NCBI GenBank assembly: GCA_009777335.1
Contig: WRMC01000010.1
Coordinates: forward strand, 31,890-95,889
Source of the DNA: Treponema sp.
Lineage (GTDB): Bacteria; Spirochaetota; Spirochaetia; Treponematales; Breznakiellaceae
Reading direction: 5' to 3'
Length of the DNA: 64,000 nt
A program made the translations under genes and the position numbers. Positions within the stretch are counted from its first letter, which is position 1, and each line of letters starts with the position of its first letter. Of the stretch, positions 1 to 7,986 are shown one piece after another. A model generated the notes under the pieces. It had not been told where the DNA came from. It ran no database searches and was given only the letters and a program-made list of their open reading frames with translations.

Positions 1-2124
1 ATCCCCATAGATAAGGGTGCGGCCCATTATATGGACGAATTCGCCAAGTACCTGCCCCAGGGCTTTTTCGAGAGCGCCGAAGAGCAGCTGCTTATGACCC
101 TGGGCGAGATATCCCGGATGTTCCAGATGGACGATCAGAACGATACGGATACGGCCCTTATGGTGGCTCCTATGGTCCAGGGGAACTACGGGCAGAACTC
201 CTGCTCCGGGGATTTTTACACCCGGAACGTGGTTACCGGCGAGAAAAAACTGCAGGGGCGGTTTTTCAAACAAAAGTTCAACGAGATCGGGGCCGAAGGC
301 CAGGACATCAACAAGGTAGGGGACAAGCACCTGGCGGAGTTAAAGAAAATCGCCTGGACCCTGGAAGACAAGTTTAAGGAGATCCGCCAAATCCGCTTTA
401 CCATTGAGAACAATCAGCTCTGGCTGATCGACCAAAGGCAGGTTCCCCAAAAATCGACCCAGGCTGATATACAGCTTTTATTGGATCTTGAAAAACGGAA
501 GATCGTCGATAAGGCCTTTGTGGTAAAAGCCATAGAGCCCCCGCGGCTGAGTGAGATCCTTCACCCCATAATCGATGAGTCCAGCGTTAAGAACCTAAAG
601 AGCTGGAAGGGGGGCATAGCCGGCGCTCCTGGGGCGGCCCTGGGCCGGGTGTACTTTAGCACCAATACCCTGCTGGAAGCCCAAAAATTGGCCCAAAAAC
701 GCAACGAGGACACCCGGACCATCCTGGTGGTGGAGTCTTCCTTTGCGGAGGATGTAAAGGCCATTGAGGTAAGCACCGGGGTTCTGAGTGCCGAGGGGGG
801 CTACTCTGCCCATGCTTCGGTCGTAGCCCGCCAGTACGGCAAGGTTTCTTTGGTAGCCCCGACCCTGAAGATTCAGAAAAAACAGGCTACTCTGGGGAAT
901 CTGACCTTCTCTGAGGGGGATTATATTACCATCAATGTCCCCTTCTACGGGGAATCTACGGTGTACAAGGGAACCGCTTCGCTCATCGAGGCTGATCCCA
1001 AGGGTTCGGGGCTGCTGGATTTCATAGGCCTCTCCAAGAGTTTCTTAAAGAAGTTCCATGTCCGCTGCAATGCCGATTCGGGCAAAGAAGCAAGCCTGGC
1101 CCTTAGCTTTGGGGCAGATGGGATAGGCCTCTGTAGGACAGAGCACATGTTCCTTAAGGCTGACCGGATCCACATGTTCCGGGAGATGCTTCTTTCTTCC
1201 AGTGTAGAAGAACGGATGAAGGTTCTGGCCAAACTGCAGGTGATGCAGAGGGACGATTTTTATGAGATCTTCAAGGTAATGGCCGGTAAGGAAGTGACTA
1301 TCCGTCTTTTGGATTCACCCCTCCACGAGTTCTTACCCCACAATGAGAACGAACTGGCAGATTACCTTAGCCATGTCGAAAAGAGCCAAAAGAAGAAACC
1401 CAACAAAGCTGATATTTTGGCCCAGATTGATTCTCTCCACGAGTTTAACCCCATGCTTGGTCACCGGGGCTGCCGTATTGCGGTGTCCTATCCGGAGATC
1501 TACGCCATGCAGGTAAAGGCCATTTTTGAAGCGGCCAATAAACTCAGGAAAGAGGGGAAGGAAGCGCACCCGGAGATCATGGTGCCCCTGGTAATGAACG
1601 CCTCGGAATTAAAGCTTATAGCTTACGGTAAAAGGATCGAAGGCAATAATTACAAGGGTATTATGGATCTGGAAGAAGAGTTCAGGAACGCCAACAAGGT
1701 GAAACCCCTGGACTTTAAAATTGGTACCATGATAGAGCTTCCCGCCGCTGCCTTGGGGGCCGGTGAGATAGCCCGTTATGGCAGCTTCTTTAGCTTTGGC
1801 ACCAATGACCTCACTCAGACCACCCTGGGTATTTCCAGGGATGATTTTACGGGATTTTTACCCGACTATACCCTCTTTGACCTTATCCAGGGGAACCCCT
1901 TTAGTACCCTGGACCCAAGGGTAAAGGAGCTTATCGCCCTGGCCACCGCCAGGGGACGGCTTACCAGGCCCGACCTTAGCTGCGGCCTCTGCGGCGAACA
2001 TGGGGCGAATCCTGAGAATGTACGGTTCTGTATGGATGTGGGGCTTAACTATGTGTCCTGTTCACCCTATTCGGTGCCTATCGCCATTTTGGCGGTAGCT
2101 CAGGCTGAGTTAGACCAGCATTAG
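1..2124 (+). CDS. ppdK: pyruvate,phosphate dikinase-family PEP-utilizing enzyme (5' end lies outside the window)
   Basis: Frame 1 is open from base 1 (IPIDKGAAHY precedes the listed Met at 31). It has the phospho-His swivel motif GGYSAHASVVARQYGK and the C-terminal barrel motifs GTNDLTQ and CGLCGEHG. The segment FKQKFNEIGAEGQDINK departs from the usual AQGEDVV region, so it may be a diverged paralog. Confidence 0.8.
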   Translation: MPIDKGAAHYMDEFAKYLPQGFFESAEEQLLMTLGEISRMFQMDDQNDTDTALMVAPMVQGNYGQNSCSGDFYTRNVVTGEKKLQGRFFKQKFNEIGAEGQDINKVGDKHLAELKKIAWTLEDKFKEIRQIRFTIENNQLWLIDQRQVPQKSTQADIQLLLDLEKRKIVDKAFVVKAIEPPRLSEILHPIIDESSVKNLKSWKGGIAGAPGAALGRVYFSTNTLLEAQKLAQKRNEDTRTILVVESSFAEDVKAIEVSTGVLSAEGGYSAHASVVARQYGKVSLVAPTLKIQKKQATLGNLTFSEGDYITINVPFYGESTVYKGTASLIEADPKGSGLLDFIGLSKSFLKKFHVRCNADSGKEASLALSFGADGIGLCRTEHMFLKADRIHMFREMLLSSSVEERMKVLAKLQVMQRDDFYEIFKVMAGKEVTIRLLDSPLHEFLPHNENELADYLSHVEKSQKKKPNKADILAQIDSLHEFNPMLGHRGCRIAVSYPEIYAMQVKAIFEAANKLRKEGKEAHPEIMVPLVMNASELKLIAYGKRIEGNNYKGIMDLEEEFRNANKVKPLDFKIGTMIELPAAALGAGEIARYGSFFSFGTNDLTQTTLGISRDDFTGFLPDYTLFDLIQGNPFSTLDPRVKELIALATARGRLTRPDLSCGLCGEHGANPENVRFCMDVGLNYVSCSPYSVPIAILAVAQAELDQH

Positions 2125-2130
2125 GCCCTA

Positions 2131-2181
2131 AGGGGCAGACAAAAAAAACCGGTGCGAAGAGCACCGGTTTTTTTTTGCCCC
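2131..2181. terminator. bidirectional rho-independent terminator between convergent genes
   Basis: The sequence is GGGGCA-gac-A8-CCGGTGC-gaaga-GCACCGG-T9-GCCCC. A 7-bp GC stem (2149-2155 / 2161-2167) is flanked by A8 and T9 runs, so each strand reads as hairpin plus U-tract. Confidence 0.85.
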
Positions 2182-2219
2182 GTTTAGCGGGGCTCCATTT
2201 CGAGGAATGTGTTCAGGAA

Positions 2220-2378
2220 CTATTTTTTCATCTGGTCCTGAATGTCATCGGTGGTGACTTGGGGTTCGAGATCTTCCCAGGCGGTTTTGTTGTCCACCGC
2301 ATCCTGATAGGTAGGGAAGCTCCGGATTTTGCTTCCGTCGATCCGCCGCCACAGCCCGCCAATAAATCTAATTGTCAT
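2220..2378 (-). CDS. hypothetical small protein (52 aa, MTIRFIGGLWRR...)
   Basis: An internal ATG at 2378 is preceded by AAGGAG with a 7-nt spacer. The longer listed ORF start (2429) has no SD. The gene ends just before the bidirectional terminator. I recognised no family. Confidence 0.55.
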   Translation of the reverse strand: MTIRFIGGLWRRIDGSKIRSFPTYQDAVDNKTAWEDLEPQVTTDDIQDQMKK

Positions 2379-2447
2379 ATCATGCTCCTTCTTAATGTAA
2401 TGTATTCTATGGCTTAATCCTGCCCCCATGGAGCAGTATATAATCCC

Positions 2448-3014
2448 TTAGTTATAATCGCCCCTAAAGGCCATCCTGTCTTCTACGATCTTGACTATCT
2501 CTGTGCCGGCCTTCTTTGCGTCCGCTACGGGGATAGCCGCGTCTTTACTAAGGCTCTGCTCAAAGAACTTGATCATCGTATCATAAAGTTCAGCGTTTTC
2601 ATAGAACACGAAAGCTAAATTCCGGCCTATGGGTCTGGCGACTGAAAAGGATGACAAGGATTCGATGGGCTTTTTGGCAAAATAGATCTTTGTCTGGGTC
2701 TTTGCTATGTGTACAGCCAGCTCCGAGAACCGCAGCGGAATCTGCTCTTCCTTATCTCTAAGGTAGGGTTCTATCGGCTTTTTCGCATAAGACGAGGGTT
2801 CTACCAGGATATGCAGCTTCTTGCCTTGGGATTGGAAGGTAAGAGACTCGAGCCCCTCTGGATAGATGGCTTTTACAGCCGAATAGGAGATGACCTCATA
2901 CTTGGAATATCCTGTGTTTGGGTTAATAAAGGACGATACGATATACGCCTTGTCTTTTGGAAGCATATCTTTGGTATATGCTTCAAAGAGATCCATCGCT
3001 CTAACAGTTGCCAT
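2448..3014 (-). CDS. hypothetical protein (188 aa), no TM segment or signal peptide
   Basis: The ATG at 3014 is preceded by AGGGGGA. It contains an internal repeat, YAKKPIEPYL / FAKKPIESLS. I recognised no family. It is visibly more AT-rich than the flanking genes. Confidence 0.65.
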   Translation of the reverse strand: MATVRAMDLFEAYTKDMLPKDKAYIVSSFINPNTGYSKYEVISYSAVKAIYPEGLESLTFQSQGKKLHILVEPSSYAKKPIEPYLRDKEEQIPLRFSELAVHIAKTQTKIYFAKKPIESLSSFSVARPIGRNLAFVFYENAELYDTMIKFFEQSLSKDAAIPVADAKKAGTEIVKIVEDRMAFRGDYN

Positions 3015-3048
3015 ACGTTCCCCCTGCAATTATTTATACTATTCATAT

Positions 3049-3076
3049 AGTATACCATATTTTAGATATTCTTCAA
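3049..3076 (-). promoter_or_regulatory. sigma70-type promoter with extended -10 for the 2448-3014 / 2220-2378 cassette
   Basis: The minus strand reads TTGAAG (3076-3071), a 16-nt spacer ending in TGg, then TATACT (3054-3049). This lies about 35 nt upstream of the ATG at 3014, in an AT-rich gap directly after the TPR gene stop. Confidence 0.6.
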
Positions 3077-3086
3077 CTCATTTTCA

Positions 3087-4907
3087 TCATTTTTTGGCTT
3101 TTTTACGGTTTTGAGCCTCCTGCTCGCAATGTTCCTTTTCCTGGGGCTTCCCCCTTTTCCCGGCTATAAGGGCCAGCCATTCCCAGGGACGATGATCTTT
3201 AGTATTCAGGGCCGCCGACTCTTGCAGGATATCCTGGGCTTTTTGGAGATCCTTGTGCTTATACTGGAGGATCCCCAGGACCAGAAGTATCACCGAGAGG
3301 TCTTTTTTCCGGCTGGGGCTCTGGTAGCGTTCCCTGGTCTTTTCCAAAAAGGCCAAAGCTATGCCGATAGCTCCAGAGCGCTCCAGGCAGAGGGCATACT
3401 CCATGAGGAGCTCCATGTCCCGGGGTCTCTCTTTTAGGAGGGGTTTAAGGAAGAGGGCCGCCTCCCTGTAGCGGCCGGTTTTTCGGTAACAGTAGGCCAG
3501 GACCCTTCGTAGGCTTAGATTGGCGGGCTCCCAGACCAGGAGGGTCTCCAGATCCCTGGCTGCTTCTTCAAACTCCAGGGATTTTACCAGGAAGAGGGCC
3601 CTTTCGCGGCGGATGATGGCGTTATCGGCCCAGCGCTCCAGGTAGGCATTATAGGCGGTTTTTAGCCCCTCCAGGGCTGCGGTCTTGTTATCCTCCTCCC
3701 CGGAATGGGAGAGGGCCTCTTCGGCGCTGATAAGGCCCAGCCAGGCCTTTTCGTGGTTTTCCTTGAGCCCCAGGGTTTTGGTAAACCAGTTTCGCCCTTC
3801 TTCCAGGAAGCCTATTCTTAAGTAGGATTCACCCAGGATGTACATCAGATCCGGGTCTGGCCCAAGGGTCCGTATGCCGTCCTGCACCATGGGGATGAGC
3901 TTCATCACATTTTCTGAGGTCTTGGCTTCCAGCAATATGCTATACCGTTTGATAAGATCCCTATCTCCCCCAAGGGATTTGGCTATCCGCAGGGCCCTCC
4001 GCAGGGATTTATAGTCCTCCCCCTCCCAGGAAACGAGGATATCGGCATATAAAAAATCCAGATCCTTGGGGGATGCCTCCTGGGCCCGGAGGAGATGGTT
4101 ATGGGCGGCCTTATAGTTACCGGTATTCCGCAGAGCCTCGGCATAGAAGGCCCTGATGAGGGGCATATCCTCTCTCTGTTTGAGCCAGTTCCGGCAAGAC
4201 TCAATGGTGCGCCGCCATTCCCTGTTAGATAGAAAGGACTGGATCATAAAGAGGTCGATAAGCTCGTTATTCCAGGGAAGTTCCGGAACATCCTCGTGGC
4301 GGGAGCGGATGATATCGATTTCGGCCCGGGCCTCTTCTATCCTTCCCAGGGCCATGAGGATCGAGGCCCTGGACCAGCGTATCCAACGATCTCCCTCTTT
4401 GACAATGAGCCCCCGGGAAAGACGGAGAGCTTCTGTATAATGAAGGAGCCCTTCGTTTAATTGGCCGGTTTCCCGGGCGGCCCGGCCCAGATGGAGCCTT
4501 AAGAGCAGGTTATCTGCCATCCCGGATTCGTTCCCGTTGGCCAGGACAAAGCGAAGCATGGCCAGGCCGGCTTCATATTCACCCAGACCGCAGAGCCGTA
4601 TCCCCCTAACCATGAGAGCATTAAGATAGGCCCGGTAGATCCGTTTGTCATCGGGGTTTAGGTTAACCGCATCTTCCAGGACCCCTAAGGCGGCCTGGGA
4701 GTTCTTTGACTTTAGATAGGCGGTGCCCAGAAGGGCCATTATTTTGGACTGCAGATCCGCCCGTGATCCTAGGGCTAAGGCGGATGTGGATCCGCCCCTG
4801 GCCGAAGACCGGGAGCCCTTGGGGGAGCTTAGGTCCAGGGCCTTCCGCAATACGGGAACCGCCTTATAGGGCATGCCCAGGGCCAGGTAGGTTCTGCCTA
4901 TAAACAA
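3087..4907 (-). CDS. TPR repeat protein (listed TTG start at 4907; the real start is probably upstream, frame open to 5138)
   Basis: Many 34-residue TPR units, for example AWLGLISAEEALS and YRAYLNALMVRG. The 77 codons upstream of 4907 are in frame and also TPR-like (AWFLLGRTFHALKDYSRALAAFNDYLRLRPGSAEA). See the finding at 4908-5141. Confidence 0.85.
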   Translation of the reverse strand: MFIGRTYLALGMPYKAVPVLRKALDLSSPKGSRSSARGGSTSALALGSRADLQSKIMALLGTAYLKSKNSQAALGVLEDAVNLNPDDKRIYRAYLNALMVRGIRLCGLGEYEAGLAMLRFVLANGNESGMADNLLLRLHLGRAARETGQLNEGLLHYTEALRLSRGLIVKEGDRWIRWSRASILMALGRIEEARAEIDIIRSRHEDVPELPWNNELIDLFMIQSFLSNREWRRTIESCRNWLKQREDMPLIRAFYAEALRNTGNYKAAHNHLLRAQEASPKDLDFLYADILVSWEGEDYKSLRRALRIAKSLGGDRDLIKRYSILLEAKTSENVMKLIPMVQDGIRTLGPDPDLMYILGESYLRIGFLEEGRNWFTKTLGLKENHEKAWLGLISAEEALSHSGEEDNKTAALEGLKTAYNAYLERWADNAIIRRERALFLVKSLEFEEAARDLETLLVWEPANLSLRRVLAYCYRKTGRYREAALFLKPLLKERPRDMELLMEYALCLERSGAIGIALAFLEKTRERYQSPSRKKDLSVILLVLGILQYKHKDLQKAQDILQESAALNTKDHRPWEWLALIAGKRGKPQEKEHCEQEAQNRKKAKK

Positions 4908-5138
4908 ATAGGCCTCGGCGGACCCGGGTCTTAGGCGGAGATAGTCATTAAAGGCCGCCAGGGCCCGTGAATAGTCCTTTAGGGCGTGGAAGGTCCTTCC
5001 TAAAAGAAACCAGGCCTCCGGGGGGGCATCGTTTTCTGAGATGAGCTCCCTTAAGATTTCCAGGGCCCTGGGGTAGTCCCCCTTCTTTCCAAAGCCCAGG
5101 GCCGCCCTTAGCTTATCAGTTTTAATTGCGGGGAGATT

Positions 5139-6137
5139 CTATTTTGCAGTGGCCAGGGTAACCGCGCTGGTTACCACGATGTCCTCTACCGAGGCTCCCC
5201 GGGAAAGATCGCTTATGGGCTTGGCGAATCCCTGGAGGAAGGGTCCAAACGCCTCCGCCTTACCCAGCCGCTGTACCAGCTTGTATCCTATGTTCCCCGC
5301 ATCCAGATCCGGAAAAACCAGGGTATTCACTTGGGTTTTTAAACTGCTTCCTGGTGCCTTGAGTTCCCGGATAGAGGGAACCAGGGCGGTATCGGCCTGG
5401 AACTCCCCGTCCGCCTGGAGGGAGGGATCTCTTTCTTTGACCATGGCCAGGGCCTCTAGGACCTTCTGCACATCCGGATGATCCCCCCCGGAGCCCTTGG
5501 TCGAGAAGGAGAGGAGGGCCAGCTGCGGTTCGGAGTTAAGGAAGTCCCGGCAGGACTGGGCTGCCGAGATGGCAATTTCTGCCAGTTGTTCTGATGTGGG
5601 GTTTGGGACCACCGCACAGTCGGAGAAAATGAGGGCCCCGTCTACCCCCCAGGTATTGTCCGGGCACTGCATGACAAAGCAGGAAGAGGCGGTCTTAATT
5701 CCCTTTTGGGTCCCAATTATGGCCAGCCCCGCCCGGAGTACATCGGCGGTGGAATTTTCTGCCCCCGCCACAAGAGCATCTGCTTCACCCAGGTGGACCA
5801 TCATGGCCCCCCAGCGCAGGGGAGAGATGATATCGATTTTTGCTTGATCTTCGGTCATGCCCCGGTGCTTGCGCAGTTCGAAGTATTGATTGGCATAAGC
5901 GGCGATGTGGGGAGAATCTGCAGGATTGACAAGGAGGAGCCCCTCCAGGGATACCCCTGCTTTTTCGGCACTCTGCTTAATTGCTGACTCGGAACCCAGA
6001 AGGCTTACCGATTGGGCCAGACCTTCATCCAGGATCTTCCGGGCAGCCTGAATGGTCCTTGGTTCTGTCCCCTCGGGCAGGACCAGCCGTTTTTTTAAGG
6101 ATCGGGCCTTGTCTTTCATCTCTTTTGCAAAATCCAT
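5139..6137 (-). CDS. pta: phosphate acetyltransferase
   Basis: 332 aa, the short Pta type. The N-terminus reads [18 protein letters not shown], and [10 protein letters not shown] lies near the C-terminus. Confidence 0.9.
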   Translation of the reverse strand: MDFAKEMKDKARSLKKRLVLPEGTEPRTIQAARKILDEGLAQSVSLLGSESAIKQSAEKAGVSLEGLLLVNPADSPHIAAYANQYFELRKHRGMTEDQAKIDIISPLRWGAMMVHLGEADALVAGAENSTADVLRAGLAIIGTQKGIKTASSCFVMQCPDNTWGVDGALIFSDCAVVPNPTSEQLAEIAISAAQSCRDFLNSEPQLALLSFSTKGSGGDHPDVQKVLEALAMVKERDPSLQADGEFQADTALVPSIRELKAPGSSLKTQVNTLVFPDLDAGNIGYKLVQRLGKAEAFGPFLQGFAKPISDLSRGASVEDIVVTSAVTLATAK

Positions 6138-6272
6138 ACCATACTCCTTGTGTTACCATGGGTCTTATACCCAGTTTATGTGCATCGATAGTACCAGTAT
6201 ACGGTTAAATAAAAAATTATGAAAGCATTTACAGGGCTTGTTCATGATGTTTATTCAGGGTAGATTAGGGAC

Positions 6273-7292
6273 ATGGGGTTCATTAATCTTGACCTGGATG
6301 CCATAGAATCCTATGTGGCAGATCATTTAAGGCTATTTATTACCATGGCTGCGGGGATCCTGGTTTTTATGGGGATCATTGCAGTAACGGTTTTTTTTAT
6401 CCATATCCGCGGGGCTGAACAGACCATGGTGCCCAATGTACAGGGCCAGGATCTTACCTCCGCCCTCCTGGATCTCCAGGTAAAGGAACTCTACCCCCGT
6501 ATTCAACTGCGCTATACCCAAAGCTCCGCTGACAGGGGTTTAATCCTGGAGCAGAGCCCCCTTCCGGGGACCATCGTAAGGGCCGGACGGCGAATCCAGC
6601 TGGTGGTGAGCCAGGGGGTGATGGTAAATGTGGTGGAGAACTTCGTAGGCAGAAACATAGATGAGGTTCGGGTAGAGCTGTCGGCCATTACCTCCGCCCA
6701 GGGGCTTCAGCTTATCACCATCAGGGATCCCATCATGTATGAGCACTCCAGCGAAACCGCGGGGACCATCTTGCAGCAGAGACCCGAACCTGGAACGGGC
6801 ATATCGGGCCCGACGACCTTAGAGCTGGTGGTAAGCCGGGGGGCCGAGCATGTTACCACCCGATTACCCAACCTGGTGGGCCTGGACCTCTCTGATGCCC
6901 TGGAGCAGATAGGCCGGACCGGAATAGACTTTATCTTTAACATCAGGCAGGCTCTCTCAGATGAGGTCCCCGGAACGGTGGTAGCCCAGAGTCCCGCGGC
7001 CGATGAACTGGTTCCTTCCAATACACGGGTAGAGATAACCATGGCCCAGCCTTCGGAGGTGGCTCCCAGCGATATATTCGGTCTCTTTGTCTATGATATG
7101 GCCCGGAACCCCTATCCCCTTTTGGTTCGCCTGGAAAGCATACAGCCCGGGGGCGAAAGACAGCGCCTCTTAACGGTTCAGTATGGCGGAGGCCCCCTGG
7201 CTGTTCCCTACCTTCAGCCCGCCGGGTCGGTCTTGGTTTTATCCTTATTGAACCGGGAGATACACCGGGAAACGGTTGGGGCCCCGCGATGA
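6273..7292 (+). CDS. membrane-anchored PASTA-domain protein (3 PASTA repeats, no kinase or PBP domain)
   Basis: An N-terminal TM segment (ILVFMGIIAVTVFFI) is followed by three PASTA-like units: VPNVQGQDLTSA...VVSQG, VENFVGRNIDEV...VVSRG and LPNLVGLDLSDA...ITMAQP. A C-terminal beta-rich tail of about 80 aa follows. Confidence 0.8.
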   Translation: MGFINLDLDAIESYVADHLRLFITMAAGILVFMGIIAVTVFFIHIRGAEQTMVPNVQGQDLTSALLDLQVKELYPRIQLRYTQSSADRGLILEQSPLPGTIVRAGRRIQLVVSQGVMVNVVENFVGRNIDEVRVELSAITSAQGLQLITIRDPIMYEHSSETAGTILQQRPEPGTGISGPTTLELVVSRGAEHVTTRLPNLVGLDLSDALEQIGRTGIDFIFNIRQALSDEVPGTVVAQSPAADELVPSNTRVEITMAQPSEVAPSDIFGLFVYDMARNPYPLLVRLESIQPGGERQRLLTVQYGGGPLAVPYLQPAGSVLVLSLLNREIHRETVGAPR

Positions 7293-7513
7293 ACCCTATC
7301 ATAATTCCCCTGACAGCCCTGTCCATTCCCATCCTGGCCATACTCCTTGGTCATTTTGGCAAGAGCCAAAAAAACAAGCAAAGGGAGCTGGAGTTAAAAA
7401 AAGAAGTCCTGCTTTTAGAAATTGAAAAGCAAAAAAATGAAATTTTTCTTCTAGAAGAAGAAAATAAAAAGATGGATAAAATTATCTACGAAGGCGGCGA
7501 TGTTTCACCTTAA
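7289..7513 (+). CDS. small TM + coiled-coil protein (FtsB/DivIC-like architecture)
   Basis: ATGA start/stop overlap with the PASTA gene. It has an N-terminal TM segment (IIIPLTALSIPILAILLG) followed by a heptad-rich K/E/L helix. The architecture is all I can assign; homology is not established. Confidence 0.55.
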   Translation: MNPIIIPLTALSIPILAILLGHFGKSQKNKQRELELKKEVLLLEIEKQKNEIFLLEEENKKMDKIIYEGGDVSP

Positions 7514-7967
7514 GTTTCATCCCGGAGCAGTGTTGTGGATATGTGTAATTCTGGTCTTCCCTGGGCCCTTGATGGCTCAAGGGGGGCAGATTCCTTTTGA
7601 ACAGGATCCGGAAGCTTTTATTGGCCTCACCCTGGAAGAACTTTTTTCCCGCATGGGGACCCCCAGGTATGTGTATCCTGTCAGGGGCTTGGAAGAATGG
7701 CAGGACGATGTGGTCTTTGTCTATGATCAGGGCGATATGTATATATTCAGGGACCGGATATGGCAAATTGGATTTAACTCCCACCGGGGAATTTCCATTG
7801 GGGACACTTGGGGGACGGCGGTGATGATCCTGGGCCAGCAGGCAGAAGGCCGGGGAAATTCGGTGTTCCTTCCCATCCACGACAGGCCCTGGCCCCTCAT
7901 GCTTCGATTGGATTTTGATATAAATAACCGGGTGCAGGCCATGTATGTATACCGGACCGATGTTTAA
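7500..7967 (+). CDS. secreted hypothetical protein
   Basis: 14-nt overlap with the upstream ORF. It has a signal peptide (AVLWICVILVFPGPLMA-QG). I recognised no family. Confidence 0.6.
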   Translation: MFHLKFHPGAVLWICVILVFPGPLMAQGGQIPFEQDPEAFIGLTLEELFSRMGTPRYVYPVRGLEEWQDDVVFVYDQGDMYIFRDRIWQIGFNSHRGISIGDTWGTAVMILGQQAEGRGNSVFLPIHDRPWPLMLRLDFDINNRVQAMYVYRTDV

Positions 7968-7986
7968 AACATAATTAGGATTAAAA

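Noticed and set aside
2175-2417. An 80-aa plus-strand ORF overlapping the terminator and the 52-aa minus-strand gene.
   Set aside because: It starts inside the terminator T-run, has no SD, and lies antisense to an ORF with a strong SD and a sensible promoter and terminator context.
5020-5029. A G7/C7 homopolymer directly after an out-of-frame ATG (5029-5027) inside the unannotated TPR N-terminal stretch. One extra C would put that ATG in frame, the layout of a slipped-strand phase-variation switch.
   Set aside because: The sequence upstream of the tract is already TPR-like in the current frame, and the ATG has no SD. Comparable 7-8 nt G/C runs occur inside housekeeping genes: 5483-5489 in pta, 23904-23910, 31888-31895, 37373-37380 in cca, 37514-37520 in pdxY, and 44036-44043 in fapA. 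They simply encode GG or PP. This one is still worth a look in the read pile-ups.
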